Shown: positions 1-9,441 of the stretch, in pieces | Layout: every line of letters starts with the position of its first letter | How positions within the stretch are numbered: the first letter of the stretch is position 1 | NCBI GenBank assembly: GCA_964549935.1 | Contig: CAZJVT010000001.1 | Coordinates: 155,922-219,921, forward strand | Direction of reading: 5' to 3' | Origin: an uncultured Candidatus Saccharibacteria bacterium | Lineage (GTDB): Bacteria; Patescibacteriota; Minisyncoccia; UBA6257; 1-14-0-10-44-23 | DNA length: 64,000 nucleotides | Position numbers and translations under genes: made by a program | The notes under the pieces: generated by a model | What the model saw: the letters and a program-made list of their open reading frames with translations, nothing else | What the model was told of the DNA's origin: nothing | Database searches by the model: none

Positions 1-1
1 G

Positions 2-1477
2 ATTGCAGCTTACGTCCGTAATATTGACGACTCTTTCGATGGCACGCTTGGTGGTAGCCCAAACGACACAGCCCCGGCGGATTATCGCTTAGTCGAATTG
101 CAGGTGAGTTGTCCGTCCTGTTATAACTTCGTAACGCAAACAATGACGACCTGGGCCGCGCCGCAGAATCTTGAGAGCAGCACAAAGAATGGTTCGCTGT
201 TTATTAACGTATTTGATTCTAACGGGAACCCTGTTTCCGGTGCTAACGTGCTGGTAAAGAACACGAGCACAACCCCGACGATTACCATCACCGACACAAC
301 CAACAATAGCGGTACGCTCCAGCTTGTTGACATCCCAACCAGCACCAACGCCTATCAAATTACCATAACAAAACCGAATTACTCTTCGGCGAAGACATAC
401 CCACCGGGCGGAGCAGGCAATACTAATCCGGTGCAGCCGCACGCGACTATCGCCAGTCAGCAGATTACGGCGATTAGTTTTGGTATCGACAAGGTGTCCG
501 AAATTGATGTCACTACGCGTGACCAATACTGTGCCGCCGTCGGGTCAATCGATTTTACGCAAAACGGCGGGAAGCTCATCGGTGCCTCGCCGGATGTTTT
601 GAAGTATAGCCAGGCATTTACGACAAACAGCAGCGGAGTCGCGAATCGGACCGGGCTGGAGTGGGACAACTATTCGTTTAGTAACACCGACACGAGCTAT
701 GACGTCGCCGGAAGCATTCCACTGCTGCCGATTTCTTTGCCGGCCAACACGACGACCAGCTTGAGCTTCTTGATGGAGCCGAAAGCTTCATCGAGTTTGC
801 TGGTTACGGTTACCGATGCTTCTAGTACTCCGATCTTGGGGGCGACCGTTAATCTAACTAAGTCAGGTTTTAATGATACGAAGCAGACAGGGGAGAGGAC
901 TTTTGGTGAGACGACTTGGGTTGGTGGTACATATACTAATCAAGACGGAACCGTTGATGCCAATACGCCTGGGCAACTCTCTATCGTGCAAATTGGAGGT
1001 AGCACGTATCCGACAAGTACCAACAGTTGGCTCGTCTCTAATACGCTGGACTTTGGTACCGCTAACGTGACACTGCATCAGCTCTCGTTTAATCCGGCCG
1101 CGCAGCCAAATAATACAACGCTGCAGATCCAAATCGCGACAAGCAACAGTACGGCCGGGCCCTGGACCTACGTCGGTCCGAATGGTACAGCCTCGACGTA
1201 TTACACCGTGAATGCACCGATTAATGCGGTTAATAACGGACAGAGATATCTACGCTACAAGGTATTCTTAAATACTATCGACCAAACGGCGACGCCGACA
1301 CTGGCGGATATCAATATTACTTTTGAATCTGACTGCATACCGGAGGGGCAGGCATTTTGGGCAGGCATACCCACAGGAGCCTACAGCGCAACGGTCAGTA
1401 AATCCGGCTACACAACGGCGACCAGCACCATTTCCGTCGGTTCCGGCTGGCAGGAGGCGAAGGTCGTTTTACCGTAA
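2..1477 (+). CDS. Pilin-cluster secreted protein with carboxypeptidase-regulatory-like (beta-sandwich) domains, 5'-truncated
   Basis: The reading frame is open from base 2 (IAAYVRNIDDSFDG...), so the start lies before the window. T/S/N-rich with 'VFDSNGNPVSGANV' and 'VTDASSTPILGATV' repeats, next to prepilin genes. Confidence 0.75.
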   Translation: MAAYVRNIDDSFDGTLGGSPNDTAPADYRLVELQVSCPSCYNFVTQTMTTWAAPQNLESSTKNGSLFINVFDSNGNPVSGANVLVKNTSTTPTITITDTTNNSGTLQLVDIPTSTNAYQITITKPNYSSAKTYPPGGAGNTNPVQPHATIASQQITAISFGIDKVSEIDVTTRDQYCAAVGSIDFTQNGGKLIGASPDVLKYSQAFTTNSSGVANRTGLEWDNYSFSNTDTSYDVAGSIPLLPISLPANTTTSLSFLMEPKASSSLLVTVTDASSTPILGATVNLTKSGFNDTKQTGERTFGETTWVGGTYTNQDGTVDANTPGQLSIVQIGGSTYPTSTNSWLVSNTLDFGTANVTLHQLSFNPAAQPNNTTLQIQIATSNSTAGPWTYVGPNGTASTYYTVNAPINAVNNGQRYLRYKVFLNTIDQTATPTLADINITFESDCIPEGQAFWAGIPTGAYSATVSKSGYTTATSTISVGSGWQEAKVVLP

Positions 1478-1496
1478 AACGTATAACTTGTAACGT

Positions 1497-2159
1497 ATGA
1501 AAAAACAGAATCAACAAGAAAAGAACTCTCCGACGTTACACGTTGCGCGTTCTACGCTCCACGCCTCTCGGGGTTTCACGATTCTTGAGCTTGTCATTTC
1601 GATGGCGATTACTATGTTTATCGCGATTCTCTTTGTTCGTCTCGCGCGCGACACGACTGATTCGACTGTCCGGTTCAACAACCAATTATTAACGCAGCAG
1701 CAAATAGAGCAGACACTTCAGCTGATTGTGCCGGAGATCAGGAGTATCTCGCAGGGGATTGACGGAGCCTATCCCGTTGCGCAGGCGACGACAAGCACGT
1801 TTCAGTTCTATAGCGACATCGACGGCGACGGCAAGATTGAAAAAGTTCAGTATTTCATCGCGAGCAGCACCATTTTGCGTAAAGGCGTTATTCGGCCGAG
1901 CGGCAGTCCGGCGGGCTACGCAACGAGTAGCGAGGTTTTCTATGACGAGGTCTCCGGGCTCATTTCCGGTAGCCAGGTGTTTGCTTACTATGACTCCGGA
2001 GCGACAAGTTCTGCTTCGACGGCGCTGCCGAGCCCTATCGATGTTCTCAAAGTTAAGACGATCAAGATTACTATCGTTGCTGATCAGGGTACGCCGGGGC
2101 ATCCGTCGCTCGTTGGTTCCGAGACCTCCGCCACTATCCGTAACCTCCGATACAAATGA
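1497..2159 (+). CDS. Prepilin-type N-terminal cleavage/methylation protein (minor pilin, PilW-like)
   Basis: G|FTILELVISMAI class III signal peptide. Confidence 0.85.
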   Translation: MKKQNQQEKNSPTLHVARSTLHASRGFTILELVISMAITMFIAILFVRLARDTTDSTVRFNNQLLTQQQIEQTLQLIVPEIRSISQGIDGAYPVAQATTSTFQFYSDIDGDGKIEKVQYFIASSTILRKGVIRPSGSPAGYATSSEVFYDEVSGLISGSQVFAYYDSGATSSASTALPSPIDVLKVKTIKITIVADQGTPGHPSLVGSETSATIRNLRYK

Positions 2160-3700
2160 ACACAAACGTAAAATGTGTAACGTGTAACGTGCAACATATG
2201 AAAAAACAAAAAGAGAATCAAATAAGAAATGCCCCTTCTACGTTGCACGTTGCACGTTCAACGTTACGCGGACAGCGCGGGCAACTTTCGTTGCAGGTGC
2301 TCATCCTCGGTTCCATAGCAACGGTGCTCATTGCCGGGTTTGTACTCTGGGCACAGGGATTTGTAACAAACGTCGGGCGCGGGGGGATGAAAGCCCAGGC
2401 GTTTACTATCGCCGAGGCAGGTATCGAATACTATCGCTGGCACCTGGCGCATTCGCCACTTGATTTTACTGATGGTCAGAGCGCTTCTACGACGCAGCCG
2501 TACGTGCATCCATATTACGACAAAAACGGTAATCGTCTCGGACAGTTCGAGCTTGTAATTACGAAGCCGGCCACGGGCTCGACTATAGTCGTTATCCAAT
2601 CGACCGGCAAGGTAGACGCGGATTCGACGATTAAAAAAATCATTAAGATTAAAATGGGTTTGCCGTCACTCGCACGTTTTTCCGCGGCGAGTAATGCCGA
2701 TATTCGTTTTGGCTCCGGTACGGTTGTTTATGGCGAGCTGCACAGTAATGGCGGCATCCGTTTTGACGGCACCGCTTACAACAAAGTTACCAGCGCGAAG
2801 TCGACGTATGATGACCCGGACCACAGCGGCTCCAGCGAATTCGGTGTGCACACTCATGTTGCACCGGTTGACCCGATACCGCCGACGACGGTGCCGGTTC
2901 GCACCGACGTGTTCAAGGCGGGAAGACAATTCCCGGTGCCGGCGCTCGATTTTAACGGCATCACGCAGGATCTCGCCAATTTGAAGTCGCTTGCAACCTC
3001 GACGAGCGGGTATTACAAGGGCCCGTCCGGGGGTACTAACAAAGGATACGATATCGTTTTGAAAACAAACGATACCTTTGATATTTACCGCGTCAATTCC
3101 GTCGTTTCGCTTTCCAGTACCTGCGTTAGCAACAGTTCGCATGCCGATAGTTTCTGGGGTTCCTGGTCAATTAATTCTGAAACATTGCTCGCGAGCAACG
3201 TGCCTTTTCCGTCGAACGGCATCATCTTTATCGAAGATGACCTCTGGGTACGTGGACAAATTGATACAGCCCGACTGACAATCGCCGCCGCCCGATTCCC
3301 GGTCAATGCTTCAACTTATGCGAGCATCACGACTAACGCCGATCTGCGCTACACAAATTATGACGGACAAGATGTGCTTGCGCTCATTGCACAAAATCAC
3401 GTGAACGTTGGTTTTAATAGTAATAACACGCTCAATGTTGATGCTGCGCTCGTTGCGCAAAACGGGCGAGTCGGTCGCTACTATTACGCCTCTGCGTGCG
3501 GCAGCAACTACATCCGCAATGCCGTAAACCTCTATGGAATGATCGCCACTAACCAGCGCTATGGTTGGGCGTACACCGACGGGACCGGGTATCAAACCAG
3601 AACGATTACGTATGACGGTAACCTGCTCTATGGTCCGCCGCCGAGTTTCCCGATTACCGCGAGCCAGTACGATATTATTTCGTGGGAAGAGGTGCAGTAG
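2156..3700 (+). CDS. PilX-like minor pilin / pilus-tip associated protein
   Basis: RG|QLSLQVLIL hydrophobic segment without E5, followed by 'AFTIAEAGIEYYRWHL'. The start could alternatively be the ATG at 2198. Confidence 0.75.
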   Translation: MNTNVKCVTCNVQHMKKQKENQIRNAPSTLHVARSTLRGQRGQLSLQVLILGSIATVLIAGFVLWAQGFVTNVGRGGMKAQAFTIAEAGIEYYRWHLAHSPLDFTDGQSASTTQPYVHPYYDKNGNRLGQFELVITKPATGSTIVVIQSTGKVDADSTIKKIIKIKMGLPSLARFSAASNADIRFGSGTVVYGELHSNGGIRFDGTAYNKVTSAKSTYDDPDHSGSSEFGVHTHVAPVDPIPPTTVPVRTDVFKAGRQFPVPALDFNGITQDLANLKSLATSTSGYYKGPSGGTNKGYDIVLKTNDTFDIYRVNSVVSLSSTCVSNSSHADSFWGSWSINSETLLASNVPFPSNGIIFIEDDLWVRGQIDTARLTIAAARFPVNASTYASITTNADLRYTNYDGQDVLALIAQNHVNVGFNSNNTLNVDAALVAQNGRVGRYYYASACGSNYIRNAVNLYGMIATNQRYGWAYTDGTGYQTRTITYDGNLLYGPPPSFPITASQYDIISWEEVQ

Positions 3701-3707
3701 TCGCAGA

Positions 3708-3832
3708 TGCCTGAAACCTATGCGGCCGGCATGGGCCCACCGCAAGCGGATGTGCCGGACAGCATAGGTTTCAGGCAGCAGCTCCCGAAAGGTGGCGCAG
3801 CGCGGGAGGTGGCCGGTTTTACCGGCTTTTTA
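3708..3832 (+). other. Structured intergenic element (long hairpin, second hairpin, terminator-like hairpin)
   Basis: TGCCTGAAACCTATGC (3708-3723) pairs perfectly with GCATAGGTTTCAGGCA (3762-3777), with an inner CCGGCA/TGCCGG stem. GCCGGT-TTT-ACCGGC plus a T-run follows. Confidence 0.6.
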
Positions 3833-3954
3833 TTCACTGTAGGAGGAGCCAAGAATTGGCCTAGATAGTTATTCACACGCCTATTTTCTTCTACTTTGCT
3901 ATACTTATCTCATACAAGAAAGGTCGAGGCCTTCCTATAGTTAATTTACATTCA

Positions 3955-4401
3955 ATGAAAAACCAGAAAGGTTTCACGCTTATCGAATTGCTCGTAGTCA
4001 TCGGTATTATCGCCATTTTGGCCTCCGTGGTCATCGTTGCCTTGAACCCGGCTCGTCAGTTCGCTCAAGCTCGTAACACGCAGCGCAGCTCAAACGTCAA
4101 CGCTATCTTGAACGCTATCGGCCAGAACATGGCTGATAACCGAGGTAACTGGACGTGTGCTGCCGGTGCTTTGCCGACTTCGACGACCAACATGGCGTCG
4201 TCAGGCGGTTACAACATCTTGGCTTGCATTGTCCCGACCTACATTTCTGTAATGCCGATTGATCCTACGACCGGTACTTACACCAATGATTCGACCTACA
4301 ACACCGGTTACTCGGTGGCGCAGGACTCGCAGGGACGCGTAACGGTTTCTGCTCCGGCAACGGAACAGCCGCTTACGACCCCGATTGCAGTTACTCGCTA
4401 A
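3955..4401 (+). CDS. Type IV pilin
   Basis: KG|FTLIELLVVIGIIAILASVVIVAL signal and a Cys pair. Confidence 0.92.
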   Translation: MKNQKGFTLIELLVVIGIIAILASVVIVALNPARQFAQARNTQRSSNVNAILNAIGQNMADNRGNWTCAAGALPTSTTNMASSGGYNILACIVPTYISVMPIDPTTGTYTNDSTYNTGYSVAQDSQGRVTVSAPATEQPLTTPIAVTR

Positions 4402-4418
4402 TCGCAAGTATTGTTATC

Positions 4419-4450
4419 AACACAAAAGGCCCTTGCGGGCCTTTTGTGTT
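4419..4450 (+). terminator. Intrinsic terminator
   Basis: AACACAAAAGGCCC-TTGC-GGGCCTTTTGTGTT. Confidence 0.8.
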
Positions 4451-4497
4451 TTGGAGTATTGGGAGTATACTGAATGCACTATTATAACTTTATATAT

Positions 4498-4950
4498 ATG
4501 AAGAAAAACAGCGGTTTCACACTCATCGAATTATTAGTCGTTATCGGTATTATCGCCATTTTGGCCTCCGTGGTCATCGTTGCCTTGAACCCGGCTCGTC
4601 AGTTCGCTCAAGCTCGTAACACGCAGCGCAGCTCAAACGTTAACGCAATTCTTAACGCTATCGGCCAGAATATGGTTGATAACCGAGGTTTGTGGACGTG
4701 TGCTGCCGGTGCTTTGCCGACTTCGACGACGGTTCTCGGAACCGGTGCAGGTAAGTACGATATCGTAGACTGTATCGTCCCGACCTATATCTCAATCTTG
4801 CCGATTGACCCGACGACCGGAACTTTCACGAGCACCTCAAGCTACAGCGCCGGTTACGCTGTCATCAAAGACGCAACGACCGGTCGCATCACGGTTTCCG
4901 CTCCAGACACCGAGCAGCCGCTTACCGAAGATATCTCGGTGACTCGTTAA
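4498..4950 (+). CDS. Type IV pilin (paralogue of 3955-4401)
   Basis: SG|FTLIELLVVIG; a 98-nt block is identical to the first pilin. Confidence 0.92.
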   Translation: MKKNSGFTLIELLVVIGIIAILASVVIVALNPARQFAQARNTQRSSNVNAILNAIGQNMVDNRGLWTCAAGALPTSTTVLGTGAGKYDIVDCIVPTYISILPIDPTTGTFTSTSSYSAGYAVIKDATTGRITVSAPDTEQPLTEDISVTR

Positions 4951-4960
4951 CACGTCTTTC

Positions 4961-4992
4961 ACAAAAAAGCCCCCGTTCGGGGCTTTTTTGTT
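4961..4992 (+). terminator. Intrinsic terminator
   Basis: AAAAAAGCCCC-CGTTC-GGGGCTTTTTT. Confidence 0.8.
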
Positions 4993-5168
4993 TCTGAGCT
5001 CACTTTGCTATGCTATTATTTTGGTAATAAGATCTTTCATTAAACGGCATACACTCGGGAGCGAATCTCGTTAGAAATGGGGATGTTTTAGTAAGGCGCT
5101 GCCTGTGATTATTATTTAGGAGTGCTATAGTATCGAAAATAGTATTAACATTTTAGATTTCTAACAGG

Positions 5169-5813
5169 ATGAAAAATCGCAAAGACTACATATCCGACAA
5201 GAACCTCTTTACTAAGGATTTGCCGGGGCTCTCGCAAAAGATGCTCGAGCAGCACTTTAAGCTGTATGAGGGATACGTGAAGAAGAGTAATGAGATTCAG
5301 ACGAAGGTTGATTCGGCGGACAAGAGCGAGGCGAATGGTGTGTACAGCTTTATTGGTGAACTGAAGCGCCAGGAGACCTTCGCGGTTAACGGCATGAAAC
5401 TACACGAGGTGTACTTCGGCCACTTACAGGGCGACGGCGACATATCAAAGGCACCGGAGTTAGCGGCAATGATTGAGAAAGATTTCGGTTCCGTGGACGC
5501 CTGGAAGGAGGAGATGCTGGCAACCGGTATGAGCGCCCGCGGGTGGTCGATTACCGCCTTTGATTATCGCGACAATCGGCTGCACGTGTATGGCAGCGAC
5601 GGACACAACGTCGGCGCAGTCTGGGGCGCGGTACCCGTCATTGTCTTAGATGTCTACGAACACGCCTACTTTATTGATTACGGCATCAGCCGCAAGGCGT
5701 ACATAGATACCTTTTTCCAGAATTTAGACTGGAAGTTTGCGGGAGAAATCGTCGCTGAATACGGACTTACTGCTCGATACGGCAAGGAGCGTGCGCAGAA
5801 TAGCGCGCAGTAA
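5169..5813 (+). CDS. sod: Fe/Mn superoxide dismutase family protein
   Basis: HFKLYEGYV, LHEVYF and DVYEHAYFIDY metal-ligand motifs. Confidence 0.88.
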   Translation: MKNRKDYISDKNLFTKDLPGLSQKMLEQHFKLYEGYVKKSNEIQTKVDSADKSEANGVYSFIGELKRQETFAVNGMKLHEVYFGHLQGDGDISKAPELAAMIEKDFGSVDAWKEEMLATGMSARGWSITAFDYRDNRLHVYGSDGHNVGAVWGAVPVIVLDVYEHAYFIDYGISRKAYIDTFFQNLDWKFAGEIVAEYGLTARYGKERAQNSAQ

Positions 5814-6638
5814 TTAGAGCTGCATCGGCTTCTTGCCGTCCGGCTGGATTTCGGTGAGCACGAGCTTGCCGTCTTTAAGGTTCGCAGCAAGCAGTTTGAC
5901 TCGCTTGCCCTCAAAGCCAGGGAGATTCATAGTCCAGACAGAGGGCTCCGGGTTAAAGGCGCGGATTTTATTGTAGATAGTTTTTGGGTCGTTTTTGACC
6001 ATATCCACCTCGCCTTCAGCGGTCGTGAATTTACGAGTAAAGGTTGCCCGGGAGTGGTCCTGTTCGCGCGGCGTTATCTCGCCGGAGATAAATTTCGGCA
6101 GTGTTTCGGTGAGGAGCGCTCCGGCAGCCGCGGCGCACTTTTTTTCGAGCGAGGTGTTTGTCTCGTTATCTGCAATTTGCACTTTGCAATCCGCAATTAT
6201 TTCCCCGTGGTCCATCTTAACGTCCATCAGGTATAAGGCCACGCCGGTTTCTTTTTCGTCAGCAAGTAGCACAGACTGCATTGGGCTAGCGCCTCGGTAT
6301 TTTGGCAGGAGTGACGGGTGAACGCCGATAGTGCCTAGGCGCGGGAGGTCTAAAAGGCCTTGGCCGATAATCTGCGGGTAGCCCATAACTATAAAAAAAT
6401 CAGCATTCAGTTTTTGAAGTTCCGGTATGATATCCGAGGCTTTTTCAGGTTGCAAAATCTTGATGGGCCAGCCTTTTTCAGTAATCAGTTGCTTGACGGC
6501 CGGAGGAGTCAGTATCTTTTTGCGGCCGGCCGGGCGATCAGGGCTGCAGACAATGGCGGCGGGCATAAAGCCACTTTCAACGAGCCGATTTAAAATATCA
6601 GCCGAAACGTGGAAGCTGCCGAAGTATACAAAGTTCAT
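5814..6638 (-). CDS. fmt: Methionyl-tRNA formyltransferase
   Basis: HPSLLPKYRGASP motif and PDRPAGR. Confidence 0.95.
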   Translation of the reverse strand: MNFVYFGSFHVSADILNRLVESGFMPAAIVCSPDRPAGRKKILTPPAVKQLITEKGWPIKILQPEKASDIIPELQKLNADFFIVMGYPQIIGQGLLDLPRLGTIGVHPSLLPKYRGASPMQSVLLADEKETGVALYLMDVKMDHGEIIADCKVQIADNETNTSLEKKCAAAAGALLTETLPKFISGEITPREQDHSRATFTRKFTTAEGEVDMVKNDPKTIYNKIRAFNPEPSVWTMNLPGFEGKRVKLLAANLKDGKLVLTEIQPDGKKPMQL

Positions 6639-6717
6639 AGTAGTTAGTAGTTAGTAGATAGTAGATAGGGCATGGGATTTCGAGTTGCTTACTACTGTCT
6701 ACTTACTACTGTCTACT
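6638..6717. repeat. Inverted heptamer tandem repeats (TAGTAGT/TAGTAGA versus CTACTGT/CTACTTA)
   Basis: Seen directly between def and fmt, extending into the 3' end of def. Confidence 0.7.
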
Positions 6718-7214
6718 TTTCCCTGGAGACGTTCGGTCACGGCTATGGCGCGAGTTTTCTTTGCTTTGTCGGCGTACAAAATGCCATTTGTGTGATCAGT
6801 CTCATGCTGGAAGATGTGCGCCAAAATGCCCCAGGCTTTTATTTTTATTTTCTTGCCATTTTTGTCCTGGCCTTCAATCACTAATTTTTCGTAACGGGGG
6901 ACGTCGCCGTACTGGCCGGGTATTGAGAGGCAGCCTTCTTCCATTAAAACTGGGTCGCCCTCTGTTTTAGTAATCTTTGGATTAAAGATGGCATAAAACT
7001 TACCACCCTCCGGCGGCTGCGCGACGAAAAATGCCTCGTTGCTGCCAATCTGTGTTGAAGCAAGCCCGATGCCGTGCCACTCGTGCATTTTGACGCGCAT
7101 CTCCTTAATCATGGCGCTGATTTCGGTTTTGGTGTGTTTCGTAAAATCAAAAGGCTTGCACTTTTTGTGCAATAACTTTTCGTGCTCCGGGTTGTGGATA
7201 GTGTGTAGTTCCAT
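6699..7214 (-). CDS. def: Peptide deformylase
   Basis: GIGLAS, EGCLS and QHETDH motifs. Confidence 0.95.
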   Translation of the reverse strand: MELHTIHNPEHEKLLHKKCKPFDFTKHTKTEISAMIKEMRVKMHEWHGIGLASTQIGSNEAFFVAQPPEGGKFYAIFNPKITKTEGDPVLMEEGCLSIPGQYGDVPRYEKLVIEGQDKNGKKIKIKAWGILAHIFQHETDHTNGILYADKAKKTRAIAVTERLQGKVDSSK

Positions 7215-7504
7215 TACTTTCTGATTTTAATCATTTTGTTTTCTTCGCGGAGGTTCCGGACGACGCTCATAAAGTAAGCTCCCAGATTTTGGACATCTTT
7301 GCGCTCTGCGATATCCTTGGCGATTGAAAGGATGCGGTCCGGGCCGTACTCCTTCACATATTTAATATACAATGCCTTGTGCGGTATGTCGTGTAAAATT
7401 GCGGCCACCTCCAAGCCAATTAGTTGGAATTCCTGGCTGATATTGCTCTTCGAGGCTCGCTTTTGAAGGGTTTTAAGGTACCCGCTACCGCTGACTGCTT
7501 CCAT
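7214..7504 (-). CDS. Hypothetical protein
   Basis: Coupled to def. Start placed at MEAVSG because the longer ORF overlaps the divergent gene. Confidence 0.65.
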   Translation of the reverse strand: MEAVSGSGYLKTLQKRASKSNISQEFQLIGLEVAAILHDIPHKALYIKYVKEYGPDRILSIAKDIAERKDVQNLGAYFMSVVRNLREENKMIKIRK

Positions 7505-7628
7505 GGCATCTATCTTAGAGAAATAATACCAAAACAGCAACTGTAGTAGTTTTGCGTTGCGAGACTTAGTCCGACTTCGTGACGAAAAGCAAATCGTAGA
7601 AACTACTCTGTATGGTATACTCATTCGT

Positions 7629-8891
7629 ATGCCTAAAATGAAGTCATTTTTAAGAGACAATCTCCCGGTTGCGATCAGCGCGATTTTAATTTTTGTCGCC
7701 CTTACTGTTGGTGGATATTACATTGGATATAAACGAGGGGCCGTGAGTTCTACGACAACTGCGACGACCGAAGGTGCCGCGGCGCAGGCAGATTACAGCG
7801 TGTATTGGCAAGCTTGGAAAGTTTTGAAAGATAATCACATCGATGCCGCTAAGAAAACCGACAAAGACTTTATGTATGGTTCGATCGCCGGCCTTACACA
7901 GGCCCTGGGTGACCCGCACACTGTGTTTTTCCCGCCCGAAGATGGCAAGAGCTTTGCCGAGCAGGTTAACGGTAGTTTCGGCGGCATCGGAGCTGAAATC
8001 GGCGAGAAAGACGGACTCATCAGTGTCGTTGCTCCACTTAAAGGCAGTCCAGCTGAGAAGGCCGGTATTCTTGCGGGTGACATAATCTTAAAGATCGGCG
8101 CAACGAGCACCGAAAATCTGGACGTTAATCACGCGGTCAATATGATTCGCGGCGAAATCGGAACCAAAGTCATTCTGAATGTCTTCCGCAAAGAAAAGTG
8201 GATCCAGCCGCGCGACATTACTATCGTTCGTGACCGCATTGAGCTGCCGACACTTGATACGACGTACTACGATAAGAATAAGATTGCTGATTTGCAGCTC
8301 TACGCCTTTAACGCCAACGCGCCGGTCAAGTTTTACCAGGCAGCGACTGATATGTTGCTCAAAGGTACGAAAGGGATTATTTTGGACCTACGCAACGATC
8401 CGGGAGGATTTTTGGATGTAGCACACGACATTGCCGGGTGGTTCGTTGACCGCGGCACGCTCGTTGTCTCCGAGCGCAGAAAGAATGGGCCCGACGAGAC
8501 TTTGCTCGCTACCGGCAATGGTGCGCTCAAAAAGTTACCGGTTGTTATTTTGATGAACCGAGGTTCGGCTTCGGCCTCCGAAATTCTTGCTGGTGCTTTG
8601 CGCGACACGCGTGATGCTAAAATCGTCGGCGAAAAGAGTTATGGCAAAGGAACGGTGCAAGAGGTTATGGACTTAAAGGATGGCAGCAGCTTGAAAGTCA
8701 CGATCGCGCACTGGGTGATGCCGAAGGGCAAGATTTTGGACCACAATGGTATCGACCCGGACTACGTTGTACTTCCGACAGATGATGATATAAAGAATAA
8801 GAAAGACGTGCAGCTTGAAAAGGCGCTGGAGATTCTCCGCGCGCAGATTAACGGGACTCCGCTTCCGCCTGCCGTTGCCGCGACGAAGTAA
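7629..8891 (+). CDS. S41 family carboxyl-terminal processing protease
   Basis: PDZ domain GIGAEI, DLRNDPGG, SASASEI and SYGKGTVQ. Confidence 0.93.
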   Translation: MPKMKSFLRDNLPVAISAILIFVALTVGGYYIGYKRGAVSSTTTATTEGAAAQADYSVYWQAWKVLKDNHIDAAKKTDKDFMYGSIAGLTQALGDPHTVFFPPEDGKSFAEQVNGSFGGIGAEIGEKDGLISVVAPLKGSPAEKAGILAGDIILKIGATSTENLDVNHAVNMIRGEIGTKVILNVFRKEKWIQPRDITIVRDRIELPTLDTTYYDKNKIADLQLYAFNANAPVKFYQAATDMLLKGTKGIILDLRNDPGGFLDVAHDIAGWFVDRGTLVVSERRKNGPDETLLATGNGALKKLPVVILMNRGSASASEILAGALRDTRDAKIVGEKSYGKGTVQEVMDLKDGSSLKVTIAHWVMPKGKILDHNGIDPDYVVLPTDDDIKNKKDVQLEKALEILRAQINGTPLPPAVAATK

Positions 8892-8979
8892 CAGGCACTA
8901 TCTTAGCAGTATCTTTTCTCCGCTTTGCTAGATAGCGGCCATTGCGATTCGAGTATCAATAAGGTAAGGTAAAAACTAT

Positions 8980-9405
8980 ATGAAGGTTATTTTGCTTGCC
9001 GACGTTAAGGGCGTTGGCCGAAAGAATGAGATCAAAGATGTAGCAGATGGCTACGCGCGTAACTTTATTATTGCGCGTAAATTAGGCGTTGCCGCGGACC
9101 AAAAGGGTATGGGGGTAAAAGCAGTTGCAGATGCCAAAGAGCAGGCCGAGCTTAATCGGTTGCAGGCTTTCGTGGCGAAGCTGGCCAGTACAACCTTTGA
9201 GTTTGAAATCAAAACTGGAGAGCACAAGGAGGTCTTCGGTTCCGTTTCTCGCCGCGACCTAGAAACTGCTTTGCGTGCGAAGGGGATTAGTGAAGGTGAA
9301 TTAGTTTTAGATCACCCAATCAAATCAACCGGTGAGCACAAAGTCGAAGTGAATTTCGGCAAAGGAGTGAAGGGAGTTGCGAAGGTTGTCGTCAAAGCTG
9401 TTTAA
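8980..9405 (+). CDS. rplI: 50S ribosomal protein L9
   Basis: [13 protein letters not shown]...VADGYARNF and FGSV. Confidence 0.95.
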   Translation: MKVILLADVKGVGRKNEIKDVADGYARNFIIARKLGVAADQKGMGVKAVADAKEQAELNRLQAFVAKLASTTFEFEIKTGEHKEVFGSVSRRDLETALRAKGISEGELVLDHPIKSTGEHKVEVNFGKGVKGVAKVVVKAV

Positions 9406-9439
9406 AACAAAAAACCCGCCGATCGGCGGGTTTTTTGTT
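9406..9439. terminator. Bidirectional intrinsic terminator
   Basis: AACAAAAAACCCGCCG/CGGCGGGTTTTTTGTT between convergent rplI and rpmA. Confidence 0.85.
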
Positions 9440-9441
9440 GA

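Noticed and set aside
3708-3777. SRP (4.5S) RNA
   Set aside because: Lacks the conserved CAGG..GGAA..AGCA domain IV motif on either strand.
3955-4950. Diversity-generating retroelement TR/VR pair in the pilins
   Set aside because: Differences are not adenine-specific, both copies are full genes, and no reverse transcriptase is present.
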